From NCBI RefSeq assembly GCF_000143415.4, contig NW_003314324.1, positions 695,379-759,378 on the forward strand: 64,000 bases of DNA. Reading direction: 5' to 3'. Numbering within the stretch: position 1 is the first letter of the stretch; each line of letters opens with the position of its first letter. The position numbers and the translations under genes are program-made. Positions 1 through 11,338 of the stretch are shown here, piece by piece. The DNA comes from Selaginella moellendorffii (lineage: Eukaryota > Plantae > Lycopodiophyta). The notes beneath the pieces were generated by a model that was given only the letters and a program-made list of their open reading frames with translations, did not search any database and was not told where the DNA came from.

Positions 1-15
1 TAATAAGTTACATTT

Positions 16-3000
16 TTAAATAAATACATGCCATCTCAGACTGTTAGTTTTTTGCCTCCAACGCCTATACAATAATCTTGGAATTTCATCACTCTCCACA
101 CTATCAGGATTTAAACCCAATAGTAATGCCATCTCTTCTCTAATACGTCCACGCTCATGTTCAGTGGTCGAAGAACCCATCCGGTTGAGCAGATTATGGA
201 GATGCAGATAGTGTTTGGCTAGACAATATACATGCCATAAATGATGACTGGTGTCTGTCCGATCAAATGGCTTCTGATATACCGTTCCATCTGCCATTTG
301 GTTGATTTCTGCAGCCACCTCCTGGACTGGCCGGTTCTCTATCACCATCGCTCCAAGCCGTTTTGCAAGGTCCCCCAGAACATACGGTTTCTTCTCCCTA
401 GTTTCCATACTGCAAGAGATGGGGTGCACTGCATATGTGTGCGTGTTCGCTGCAGTTTTAATCGGCGAGTCATCGATGATGAGGATTTCACTTGAGCTAG
501 CAGTCCGGTTCATCACTACAGCCTCTGGCTTGACGAAGATGGGCTTGCTACCCCTCACATGGACCATAGTCAAGCAATCCTCCTGCGTTAGGAGAAAGTC
601 AAATGGTAATATTACTCACGTCTGATCGTGCATCATCTGTAGCAACGTTAATGCATTGTGGCGCATCATGGATGTCCAAACTCCCAATTGCAAATTGAAC
701 CTGGCCCTCTGTTTTAAGTGTCGCATGGTCATTATTAGATCCCGCAGTTTCTCCCGTGTGATTAATGTGAATCTGTCTCTTTTGACCAACTTGCGACCGC
801 AGGCTTTGGAGGGTGCAATGACATTCGAGGACGAGCCACGCTCATGGGAGAAAAGGACACTGTTCAGATCAAAAACGATACAGTACCTTCGCTGTGACTC
901 TGAAATGAAATGCGTCAGCATAAAAAATGGTACAAGTCAATTTTACCATCTACAATATTAGCGAATGTTGCTCCCGATGGTTGTTGAGAGGGTTTTGGTC
1001 GAGGAAACGTGAAGGGCGGAAATACTCTCCTCTACAATGTGGGGTCAATCGCATCCGATGGCATGTGGGCACATGCCATTTCAGCTGTAGACTCTGGTAC
1101 AACTGGCTCAACAGTGGCATGGGGTGGTTCCGATGGCGTGTGATCACACGCCATTTCAGCTGGTGCCTCCGTTGGCAAAGTGGACATGACCGAACAGGCA
1201 GCAGGGGCGGTGTAGGGAGGTTCCAACGGCGCGTAGTCAGACGATTGGGCACACGTTGAGTCCGTTGGAAATGAGGATACGACCGGCTCGGCGGCTGGGG
1301 CGGCCTCATGTGGGTCCAATGGCGCCTGGTCACCGTCAGTTGGATACGTGGACAAGATTGACTCAGTGGTATGGGCAGCATCAAGTGGAGCGTGGTCAGC
1401 TTGCTTGGCGTTGATATGGATAGTAGCCTCCACCAGCTCTGATGACTCTTGCAGCCAAGTAGAGTCCACTGGCGGATCCATATGCATGTCCAAATATCTC
1501 CCTTCGATTGAGATGGTATCCTCCCGTGCTACTAAAAACAAACTCATTAGCACATTGAATTGACTATACTATATTTACCATCAACTGCTATTGAGGAACT
1601 AGGACCGATATCACTTGGGCGCACTGCTGATTCTGAAGGATTGGACATACGTTTCGACCCTTGCTTGGCACTATCCTTCCTCGACACTAAAGGCTAGAGT
1701 TTGTAAATTCAACTGAATAATCTCTACTTACCATTTGCTCTGCGACCTATATGGACAATGTTAGAAATGGTAAAAGGTTAGGAATGGATGTACTATTATT
1801 TACCTGATGGTTTGTCTTGTATGACCTTCCTCCGCTGCTCTTTGGCCACCTCAGGCTGGCCATCGTCGTCATCATCGTCGTCGTCGTTATTGTGATTGTC
1901 ACCATTGTGAGGACCATCCAAGTCCTCTTCGTCCTCCTCTTCTTTGTCCTCCTCTTCGTCCTTCTGCTCTTCCTGCTCATTATCTTTCTCTGGCTCCTCA
2001 TCCCCCTCCTGCATTTCTTCCATAGGCTGCTCAGGCTGGATGGCTTGTTCTTCCAGGACCATCTTGGGAAAATCATCTGGCCGAGTCTCCATCTCAAAAT
2101 ACAAGACATCCATAGCCTGTTTTAGTGCGTGACCTAGGACCGTATCCTCACCCGACTGTCTTAACATGGTTTCTGCACGTTCTTGCACCCTTCGAAGACG
2201 ACGAGATGAGAAAAATGTGGCCCTGACTTGAAAAGCTTCCCTCATCCATTGTACCTCTCCATTGAGATTGGGGAAGGGGAGTCCGCCATAGGAATCTGAG
2301 TCATGAGGTGGTGACTGCCTGCTTTCACTCAGCCCTTGATCTGCAATGAATGGCATGAGCACACACGCCATAACCGCGAGGCATTACCTATCATCTTTTC
2401 GTTGCCCTTCTTCCTTTTCGAATCAAACGCCTCTGATCTCGACGACTGTCCAACGTGCTTTCGCTTTTTATGACCACTGTCAGTTTGAGCTTGGCTGGTG
2501 CTTGCCTGTTTTGCCTTTGAAGAAGTTTCTCCTGCAAGGAATGGCATGAGACCACACGCCATTGCAAATATAATTTGTACCTCCTTTTTTCCTATTGCTT
2601 GTCTGTTTGTCCTTCTTTGATGCGCCACTAGTGCGCTTTTCAGTCCTCGTGTCTGAATATTCACAACGATCTATAATCAAAATGGCGTGAGGCCTCACGT
2701 GACCTTACCTTGTGCAGGTTGTGAGCTCGGCCCAACATGGGTATCTTCAACAGTAGCTGTTAACGCCGTTTCAGCATCTGGGGGTGGCCACGCTCCTGCA
2801 TACAGAGCTTGTGAGATAACATTTAAACTTAAAGTGTGTACTCACCAGGTTCGCAGAGAAGATACTGTTTTTCTTTGGCAACTGTAATTATATGCTCCAT
2901 TGAAGTCACCTCTTCAATGGAGTTTGTCACCGCAACACACGGGACACCCTTAAGTAGTGCGGCTCGAAAGAATAGTCCGCCGCAGTTGTACTCGACAACG

Positions 3001-4913
3001 CATTTGCCCTTGGAGTTGGAAGCAGGTGACCCACCCGCTATTGCGTTGAAGACCCAGCTGAGCATTTCCCATGCTGCACCTGGAGCTTTCTTTGGATTCG
3101 AAAGCTCCATAGCCGTCTTCAGTTCCTCAGGCACGGGTAAATTGACCTCCCTCAGATCAATTCGATTGGCCTTGTCGAACGAAGCTGGGAAGTCACTCCA
3201 GTCCCACTCTGCTGCAGGACCAATAACAAGGGCGAGTGTGAAGATGCGGACATTCGTCGGTATCTTCTTCTTAGCCATTATCCCATGGATCTCCCGCATC
3301 TCCTTGCCTTTCAACCGAGCCTTCACCTCGTTCAAGGCCTTCCAGAACTTGTGATAGGATTCGGAGTCGTAGATCATATAGTGGACTGAAGATTCCACCT
3401 CCGCAAGTCCCACCATTAAGTCAATGATGGAGCTGACTTCGTCTGCATGAGTGATCTCCTCGTTTGTGAAGTCCATCACACAAAAGATGTTCTTGACCTG
3501 CTCATCTCCGCGGGAAACGATGCTCCTCCACCTTTGATCCTCATCCGAATTCAAGTATACCCGGTAAGGTTCTCGATAGGCCTCTGCTGCGGGGTCGAGC
3601 TGTTTCTGAAGCCGGCGGTCGACATCAATCTTAATGAAATTTGGATACTGATCCAACTTCTCAGCTTTACTTTTCGTGGCATCCCGCAGCAGATCGATGA
3701 ACTTGGGGGCCCCCTTCACGTACTCGTCGATGTCTTCATTTGACAACTCCAGCTCTTCCATCATCTCTTGCGTGGTGTCGATGCTCACCCTCTCCACGGC
3801 CACTTGCTCGAAGATCCAATCCTTCAATAGCGCACAAGCTCTCAGAGTCATGCACAAGTCCTCGTATGTCACAATATGGCCGGGAGTCATTTTGGTCTTG
3901 TTGAAGACTACCTCACCACGTAGAAGAGCATTAGCCACTGTCAGAAGGTCATCGTCGTCTAGAGACCGCAAGAAACGCAAGGCGTTGAGCTTCAAATCAT
4001 TGGGCTTCCGGCCGTCCTCCACACCCATTGAGTTTGGCAACTCCCCGTCATGGTACGTCCTCAGCACATCTACCCATTTGTCAAAAACAACTTTTGTCGC
4101 GAGTAGAATGTTATGGATGCTGAGTGTGTCATTGACCCCCAGTGTTTTCGAGAGAAGACTTGAGAATTCCTGCAATGGAAATGGCGTGAGGCCACATGCT
4201 ATGCCACATGCAACGAGGCTTACCTGCCAGGCGCTAGTTGCTAGTGCACGTCCTTGTCCTGGTTTTTGTGGCTTCTTCAGTTGAACCCAGAGCTTCCGTG
4301 TTCGTGCCAATGTCTCGTGCAGACCCGATTTGTAGCACGTTTCTTGCTTGACATTCTGCGCGTGGGAGATGTATATGATAGATCGGAGGGGCGAGTTGCC
4401 TTTTATCAGGCGGACAACTCTTGTCTTGAAGACTTTCTTCACCTCCTCGCCCACCATAATATCCACAACTATCTCTTGCATCGCCAAGCTAGAATGCTGC
4501 CCGGAGACGGCATAGAACTGGATGTTCTGATCGTCCAACACCTTCCTATTGATCAAGTCTGGAAACCTCATCTCGCCCTTCATTGTTCGGTAGTAGGGGA
4601 TCACGTCTGCGATGTCGGGTGTTACTGGACTTGCCAGCATCTTTTGCTTCAGTTTCTCCACCCACTCATCAGATACTAGCCTGTGGTTGTATTTGCTTTG
4701 GATGTCGATACGGCTCATGTCGATTGTATATACTTTGTTGGAATAGTAACAAGTACTATTATCTGCGACGATTTTTGCTGCCTCTTCTTGCTCTTTCTGC
4801 TCTTTGCGGCTCTTCTTTTTGGTGGGTGTAGTGTTCGAACCCGAGGCAATGGCATCACTGAGTAGCTTCTTTTTTGGAGCAGGAGAGTCGGACGTCGGCT
4901 TGAGCTTGACCAC
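16..4913 (-). pseudogene. Multi-exon gene, ~1,480 codons: ParB/Srx-like domain, degenerate beta-class N4/N6 DNA-methyltransferase-like fold, acidic/disordered linker, FCP1/NIF-like HAD domain; two in-frame stops
   Basis: GT-AG introns at 4170-4223, 2796-2845, 2653(or 2671)-2708, 2532-2580, 2341-2387, 1747-1803, 1687-1731, 1532-1578 and 900-946 join the listed ORFs in frame (exons total 4446 nt). In-frame stops: TAG 1032-1034 and TGA 616-618. Motifs: FYAVSGQHSSLA (ParB-like), KCVVEYNCGG..RAALLKG.PCVAV (MTase motif I-like), IVFDLNSVL, LGVWTS and ILIIDDSPIK (HAD/NIF). Confidence 0.7.
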
Positions 4914-5415
4914 CCTTTTCTGCTTCGAGGTAGTTTCCAGATCGACCCCCTTCCCCTTTGCTTCGCGAACTTCTCAACGGCTCAATGTTGGAATATAGTT
5001 TTTGAACATCGCCGTAGGTGAGGTCCGTGGATTCCATGTGATCTTCATAGACCCGCAGCGTCTTTGAAATTGTGGGCCTCCTGGACAACCTCTCCCTAGC
5101 TCCCTCTAGGAATTCCTCATAGCCGCTGCCCCCCTCCGGAAAGCCGCTAAGATGTGCAAGGTGGATCTTGAAGGCAGACGCTGTCTCTACCACAAGTGCC
5201 AGTCCATATTCTTGCATGGAACTGCATGGAGTGTCTGTCACTTGGATGAGGATCCCCATGCATTCTTTTCTCCCACCATCTATGTTGTACAGCCTCAGAT
5301 CCTCGCCTTCCATCCCGAAAGTCCAACTGGTGAGCTCCTCCCCCTTCTTTGCATCCACATTGACAGTGGCTGGAAGAAGAACGCAATTCCTCGCCTGTTC
5401 AGAAATGCACAACAA
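4855..5415 (-). CDS. 186-aa ORF of unknown function; probably the frameshifted N-terminus of the 16-4913 gene
   Basis: Overlaps the start of the 694-aa ORF in a different frame. The downstream frame is open back to a TGA at ~4974-4976, which suggests a frameshift near 4975-5000. Confidence 0.4.
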   Translation of the reverse strand: MLCISEQARNCVLLPATVNVDAKKGEELTSWTFGMEGEDLRLYNIDGGRKECMGILIQVTDTPCSSMQEYGLALVVETASAFKIHLAHLSGFPEGGSGYEEFLEGARERLSRRPTISKTLRVYEDHMESTDLTYGDVQKLYSNIEPLRSSRSKGEGGRSGNYLEAEKGGQAQADVRLSCSKKEATQ

Positions 5416-6878
5416 TTAGAGCTGACAGATGAAAAGCTAGTAGCTGGAAATAACGTGAGGCCACACGCCATTCACCACTGCATCAGATGTCTTGAGGTTG
5501 CATCCTAAGATGGCGTGAGGCTACACGCCATCTGTAACTAGACTGCACTCGAGAGCCCAATCGGTGCATGCCAATGTTGCTACTGAATGGCATGTGGCCT
5601 CATGCCATTTTCTACTTGGCCTAAAAGACTTACCATTTGAAGCCGAATGGAGGCGTGACAACCGGACTCGCTGGCGAATGTGCACTGTGTGTGCAGCGGA
5701 TCGTAGCAGCAAGGCTACTCTGCCACTTACAGTTGGAGAGTGGCGCTGAAATCTCCCGGGACGCCAAGTGGGCTGCGTGTGGGTGGCGGAGTGGGCGGCG
5801 GAGTTGGCGGCGAAGTTACAAACTGGGTGTGTCTTGAAGTGGACACCGATGCACACGAGCGCGATGCGAGCGCGAGTGTGATGCAAATGCGAGTGGACGC
5901 CGATGCACACAAGAAACCTGTAGAGAAGTGGGAGCGCGAGTGGGAGCGCGATGCGAGCGCGAGTGTGCGAGCGCAAGTACGAAGCAAAATGCAAAACCTA
6001 ACCTCACACGCGCGAAATGTCACGACGGTTGGTAATCCCGCCACGTCATCATTTCTCGGACTTGGGCGCCACCATTAATTTCTGGATCGGCGCGCGCATG
6101 CGTGAAATCCAAAAGAAATCCGCAACGTCATCATTCCTCGGACTGCATGCACGCGAAATCCAAAAGAAAGATCATGATTGGGATATCATTTAATACCCTC
6201 GCTATATTTATACCATGCATGATTGGATATTCCAAAGCATCTTGTATTTCCAAAAATGCCAGATGTTCAGCTAAATAAATTGTCAGAGGATTTGATGTGA
6301 CGTTCAAGCATGTGGGCTCATGCAATTTTGATCCCACAAAATGCACCAAAAAATGCTCGGCGTCATCTGGCGTTATCTCTTGAATGGCGTGGGGCCACAT
6401 GCCATTTTCAGGAGCACATAGGAGTATATTCCTAGAATATTCTGACACGCGCGAAATTGTTTTGAGTTTCCTGGAGATCCAACCGTTAGATCGCAACTAG
6501 ATTTTACAGAATGGTATACAATGTCCTTCTTGATGACCCTGCAAAGAAGCATCTCGATCGGACACCACATGAGACCACACGAGCCTTACAATGTTTCAGG
6601 GGCATTTGCCATAGATCCGACCGTTATTTTGCTCCAAGATTCTACAGTTTGGTGTGCATTGACCTTTCCATCGACATTGCAAAGGGACATCACAATCAGA
6701 TGCGGGATCACAAGAAACCAACTTCACTAACTCTGGTTTCACCAAGATCTACGTAAGGAGTTATGAAATGAAAGGACCCTCTCTATTGAAATGTGTTTAT
6801 GGTTCTAGGGGCATTGTGACATATCAAAGGATTTTGCATCAAATTCTGTATTTGCATGTTTATCAAGCTACTGAATTG

Positions 6879-6910
6879 CTAAACCCTAAACCCTAAACCC
6901 TAACCCTAAA
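6879..6910 (+). repeat. Short interstitial plant telomere-type repeat (CCCTAAA)~4 / telo-box cluster
   Basis: ctaaaccctaaaccctaaaccctaaccctaaa. Confidence 0.8.
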
Positions 6911-7770
6911 CATGTGGCAAATGCTGCGTGAAGAAAGATGCCCTTTCTGGGCAAATGCTGTAAGAGGCAGATTCCGAGCAGATGTATCTCAGGCCAGTGA
7001 AGGGGACAAACGAAAGCTAGCTATAAACATGACGGGATGCAAATAGATTACTAGGCTGGTCCTGCGAAAATCAAAAACCATAATTGAAAATATTGAAAAT
7101 GCAAAAAGAAAGGTTTATAATATTTTTGAATTTTAAGCAACCAAATGAATGTAAGTAGGGCATGTGTTTGTAAGTTTAAAAATGCCTCAACCACTTAAAT
7201 TCCCAAGTAAATAAAGCTGTTTCTATTTTTGGTACAGGTAAACTTTATAGCGTGTGGGCTCATGCAATTTTGAACCCAAAAATGCACCAAAAAATGCTTG
7301 ACTAGCATTATTCTTTGAATGGCGTGTGGCCTTATATTGCCATAAATGGACGTACACACACAGCATAATTATTCCTTTACACGGCGAATAATCTTGGCGC
7401 GGATCGCTGACATGGCATGGCAAAGTTCGAATCACTGACATGGCACAGCTGGATCGAGGCAAGGACATGATGTGACAAAGTTCAACCTCCGACAGCAAAG
7501 TCTAGAAGCTACTCAGTTTGAAATTTGTCAGAGGAATCATAAGATCTGGTTTGTCAGAGGATTTGATGTGACGTTCAAGCGTGTGTTATTTTTGAATTCT
7601 CGAACTCATTCCTAGGTCTATCATTTTTGTGCGCCGTGTTCTTGGTTCCGCTGAGCGCAGTGAGCGCTGCTTGTGTAAGCGGCGTTGTGAGTTGTGGTTT
7701 ATGCGTCTACAAGCGGTTGCGGCATTGCGAGCGCCATTGCGAGCGGCAGTTTATGCGAGTGGCAGTTTGT

Positions 7771-7840
7771 GCGAGCGGCGCTACGAGCAGTTGCGGTGTT
7801 GCGAGCAGCGCTACGAGTAGTTGCGGTGTTGCGAGCGGCA
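7771..7840 (+). repeat. 30-bp tandem repeat (~2.3 copies) upstream of the transposase
   Basis: gcgagcggcgctacgagcagttgcggtgtt / gcgagcagcgctacgagtagttgcggtgtt / gcgagcggca. Confidence 0.8.
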
Positions 7841-8196
7841 CTGTCTTTGGTGTGGCTACCGCTTCTTCTTGATATTCGGCACTTGTGCTTCCTGGTATTT
7901 TCACCATTGAATGGTTTAGGACCACATTTAGAAATGGCATGAGGCCACATGCCATCTTGGGCCCTTGCAATTTCATGGCTAGCGTATTGTCATGTATATT
8001 TTTACTTGCCTGCAGCTGTGTGTATATCAAGATGGCATGAGGCCTCATGCCAATTTTGTGAATGCGAAATTTCACGTGGGTGTCAATAGCATGTTTGAAT
8101 AATGGCATGTGGCCTCATGCTATTTGGTATGTTATGATTTAGGCCATTCTCCAATCATTTTTTGTATGGTCTTAACTTCTTTTCTGCACTTTCAGA

Positions 8197-11100
8197 ATGG
8201 TCTTCAGGGTTGGGGAAAAGGTTTACATTTTGAATGGTGGGAAGAGAGTTGCAAAAGAGACCCTTGTGTCTATGGATCGGAACTTTGTTATACACTGTCA
8301 AAGGCTTGGGGAAGGCAATGCTGCTGTATCAGTAGAGACTGTCTTCGATGGGAATGTGGTCGCTATTGAACGAGGAGAGATGGTCGTAGGGGTAAATGTT
8401 GTTGTTGCCTTGAAAAATCTGCAGAAGAAAGCAGATGTTGGGGACAGCGCAAGTGCGACGCATGTTCCCTCCGTGGATCTTAAGAACCGTGCTACATGGA
8501 TTCAGGCAAAGGTGTTTCTAAACAACCCTGAAGGGGAGGTGGTAGCTGAGGGCTTAGCCACAGTTGTCGATCCAAGAGATGCGGTTGCTAATCAAGAATT
8601 GGGCTGGGATGATATTGGAGTTGCGATTTTAGAGGTTGTTGACACAGAAGAAAACAGTCTGACTATTGGAAGCATTGTGCGGTGGAAATTGAGGCATTTA
8701 GTGTTTGAGAATGTGAAGGATTCACAATCAAACACCACTACAACTAATGACAGAACATCTCTTCATGGGAAAAGAAAGTACACCGTCCTACAGCACAGCC
8801 AAAGGGATCTGAGCAACGAACCGAAAAGGCAGAAAATGGCGATGGAGGTTCGAATGGTCTCGATAGTTGCTTGTTGCAAGAGGAGGTGCTGTCAACATGC
8901 TGATTGGGATGCTATTGAAGAGGAGAGAGCAAGATACAAGACATTGTCCTGGAAGGCAGCTCGCAATTTTGTGTATGAGGCATTACAGTCATCTGTTGAT
9001 GCTTTAGAACATCAGGTGGGGGGCATGGTCTTCCAGAGGGGTTTGGTCTGCATGAAGGCATGGAGAATCATTTATGGAGTCCCTCGAAGCACATTCTACA
9101 GAATCAAAACTGAGTTCGAGGAACAAAGGGTTCAACAGGCAGTCCATGGGAACGACGATACGCACAAAACCAGGGGTCATGTTGTATATGGAGAGGCAAT
9201 CTTCAAGAGGTTTGTCGAGACATGTAGCGAGCAGCAACCACATAAAACCCGCCTCTTGGAAGATGGAACACGAGACACCCAACGAGTTCTCCCTTCCATG
9301 TATACCAAGGGGGCCATATTGGAAGATGTGAATCGGGAACTCCAGAGTAATGGCTACAGGAAGCTGAGCCAATCTAGATTTAGTAGATTGTGGAGCAACA
9401 GGTTCAGGGATGTGAGTATAGGAAAGTACTCCAGCTTTTCAAAGTGTGACAAGTGCACTGCTATCAAAATGGCTTTGTCGAAGAATTCTTGCAGCGCTCA
9501 AGAGCGAGAGACGTTGGTTAGAAGGCGGCTCGACCACAACATCGAGCAGAGAAGCTGCAGGTCTGCATATTATCATAATAGGATTCTCTCCATGGAGAGA
9601 CCTGACTCTTACCTCTGCATCATCCACGACAAAATGGACCAGAAAAAGACGTGCTTACCTCGACTCAATCCTGCTCCCAAGGCAATCTCTTCATCCATGC
9701 AGCTGCCTGTGTCTCTGTTTGGCATAATCGCTCATGGGCATGGTGCCCAGAACTATGGGAACTTCTTTGTACCTCTATGGGGTGGCGGGGGTGCAAACAT
9801 GATGATTGCGTCCCTAGCAAAACACTTAAGGTCTCTGCAAAGTGTGCAGACTGAGCTGAACGGCCAACCCTTGCATAAGGCCCTTGTCGATCGAACCCCA
9901 TACAGGGTTCAGCTGGAGGAGGAGCAAAGGCTTGCAGTATCGCGTGGGGCCCCATGCCATCCCAGTGAATATGTTGGCCGTCAGATTGTAGGGTTATCAC
10001 GTGAGGCCTCATGCCATTCTGACGAGGCTGGTCGCCCGGTGAATGCACAGCCTCATCCAAACGAAGCAGAATCTCAAGGAAGTTCTTACGGCCGATGTGG
10101 CCTTCCACCCCATCTTCTGCTCCAAACAGACAATGCTGGCAGTGACAACAACAACATGTACATCTTCGCGTACTTGGCGATGCTTGTTACCAAAGGCATA
10201 TTTGACATGGTTACACTTGGCTTTCTCATGGTTGGGCACACTCATGAAGACGTCGATGCCATGTTCAGTCACCTGGCAGAGTCCCTCCGGCGATCCAATG
10301 TCCTCACCCTCCCACAACTCTACGATGAATTCCAAAATTGCATCAAAGGCACTGTTGAAGTTGCACTTGTGACAGAGGTTCCAGACTTTAAGGGGTTTGT
10401 AAAAGGCTACATCAGGGACGGATCCGAAACGCTGATTGGCCACTCCAAGCCTCTTCAGTTTCATTTCAACATGCGTGACGGTGCTCCAGTGATGAGGTAC
10501 AAGATGAGAGAATGGGACACAGTGTGGCTGCCAGTGGACGGCATTGAACTCTTCAAGAGAGATCCCATAACTGGGGAACCTATGATTCCTCAGGGTTCCC
10601 CACGGCCGATGCACCCGGATGGACTCAAAGACCAGGAAAGTATAGTGGCCGGGATTAGACAGCATATTGCCTTCTGGAAGAGGGGGTTGGTGTTTGGTGG
10701 AGAATCCTATTTTAAGAGGTGCAAGCCTTTGCTCGAATACTAGGAGAAGATTATATCTGCTATCCAAAATGGGCCGGTTGTATATGAAGAATTGGAAGAG
10801 TCCTTTTGGCCAGAACCCAGAGCACCAGATAGTAGCGGAACAATGTCCTCTGGAAATGCAGTGATAGATAACGATGTTGAGGATCACTATTGTGGGCCGA
10901 GGAACAAGAAGCCGGATTCAGCATTCAATCCAGTACAGGTCTGCAAAGGAATGGTCGTGCTTGTCAGACCCAGTAATAAAAAACAAATGATATGGGTGGG
11001 GTGCTGCATCACTGATGCAGAGGAGGACGCGGAAACTAACTCCTTCAATGTAACTGTGGAGTGGTTCAAGCCAAGTTCTGGATATACGAAGGATTGCCTA

Positions 11101-11338
11101 GAAAAGAGATGGGTGCTGAATCCAAGGGATCCCAGCATGAGCATATCGATGGATAATGTTGTGTATGGTTGGATGCGGAAGCAGAGTGCCACCATCACCT
11201 TGCCAGACCATGCAAGAGATGCAGCAAGAGCATTCATAACCCGGGTTCAAGGTGAGATTCATTAATATTCCTTTACTAAGTTTCTAATGTATTTTATTTC
11301 AAGGTGAACAATCCGAATCTGAATCAGAGGAGGCGTGA
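8197..11338 (+). pseudogene. DUF7869/Sola-like DDD transposase (~1,030 codons) with two N-terminal Tnp1/En-Spm-like (Transposase_23/DUF8039-like) repeats, Cys clusters and a C-terminal beta-barrel (Tudor/BAH-like); one premature stop
   Basis: Catalytic-type motifs IIHDKMDQKKTCLP, LLLQTDNAGSDNNN and FLMVGHTHEDVDAMFS; also CCKRRCC, VCMKAW and FSKCDKC. ORFs 8197-10743 and 10792-11265 are in the same frame, separated by TAG 10741-10743 (LLEY*EKII, probably W). Last intron 11252-11303; stop TGA 11336-11338. Confidence 0.75.
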
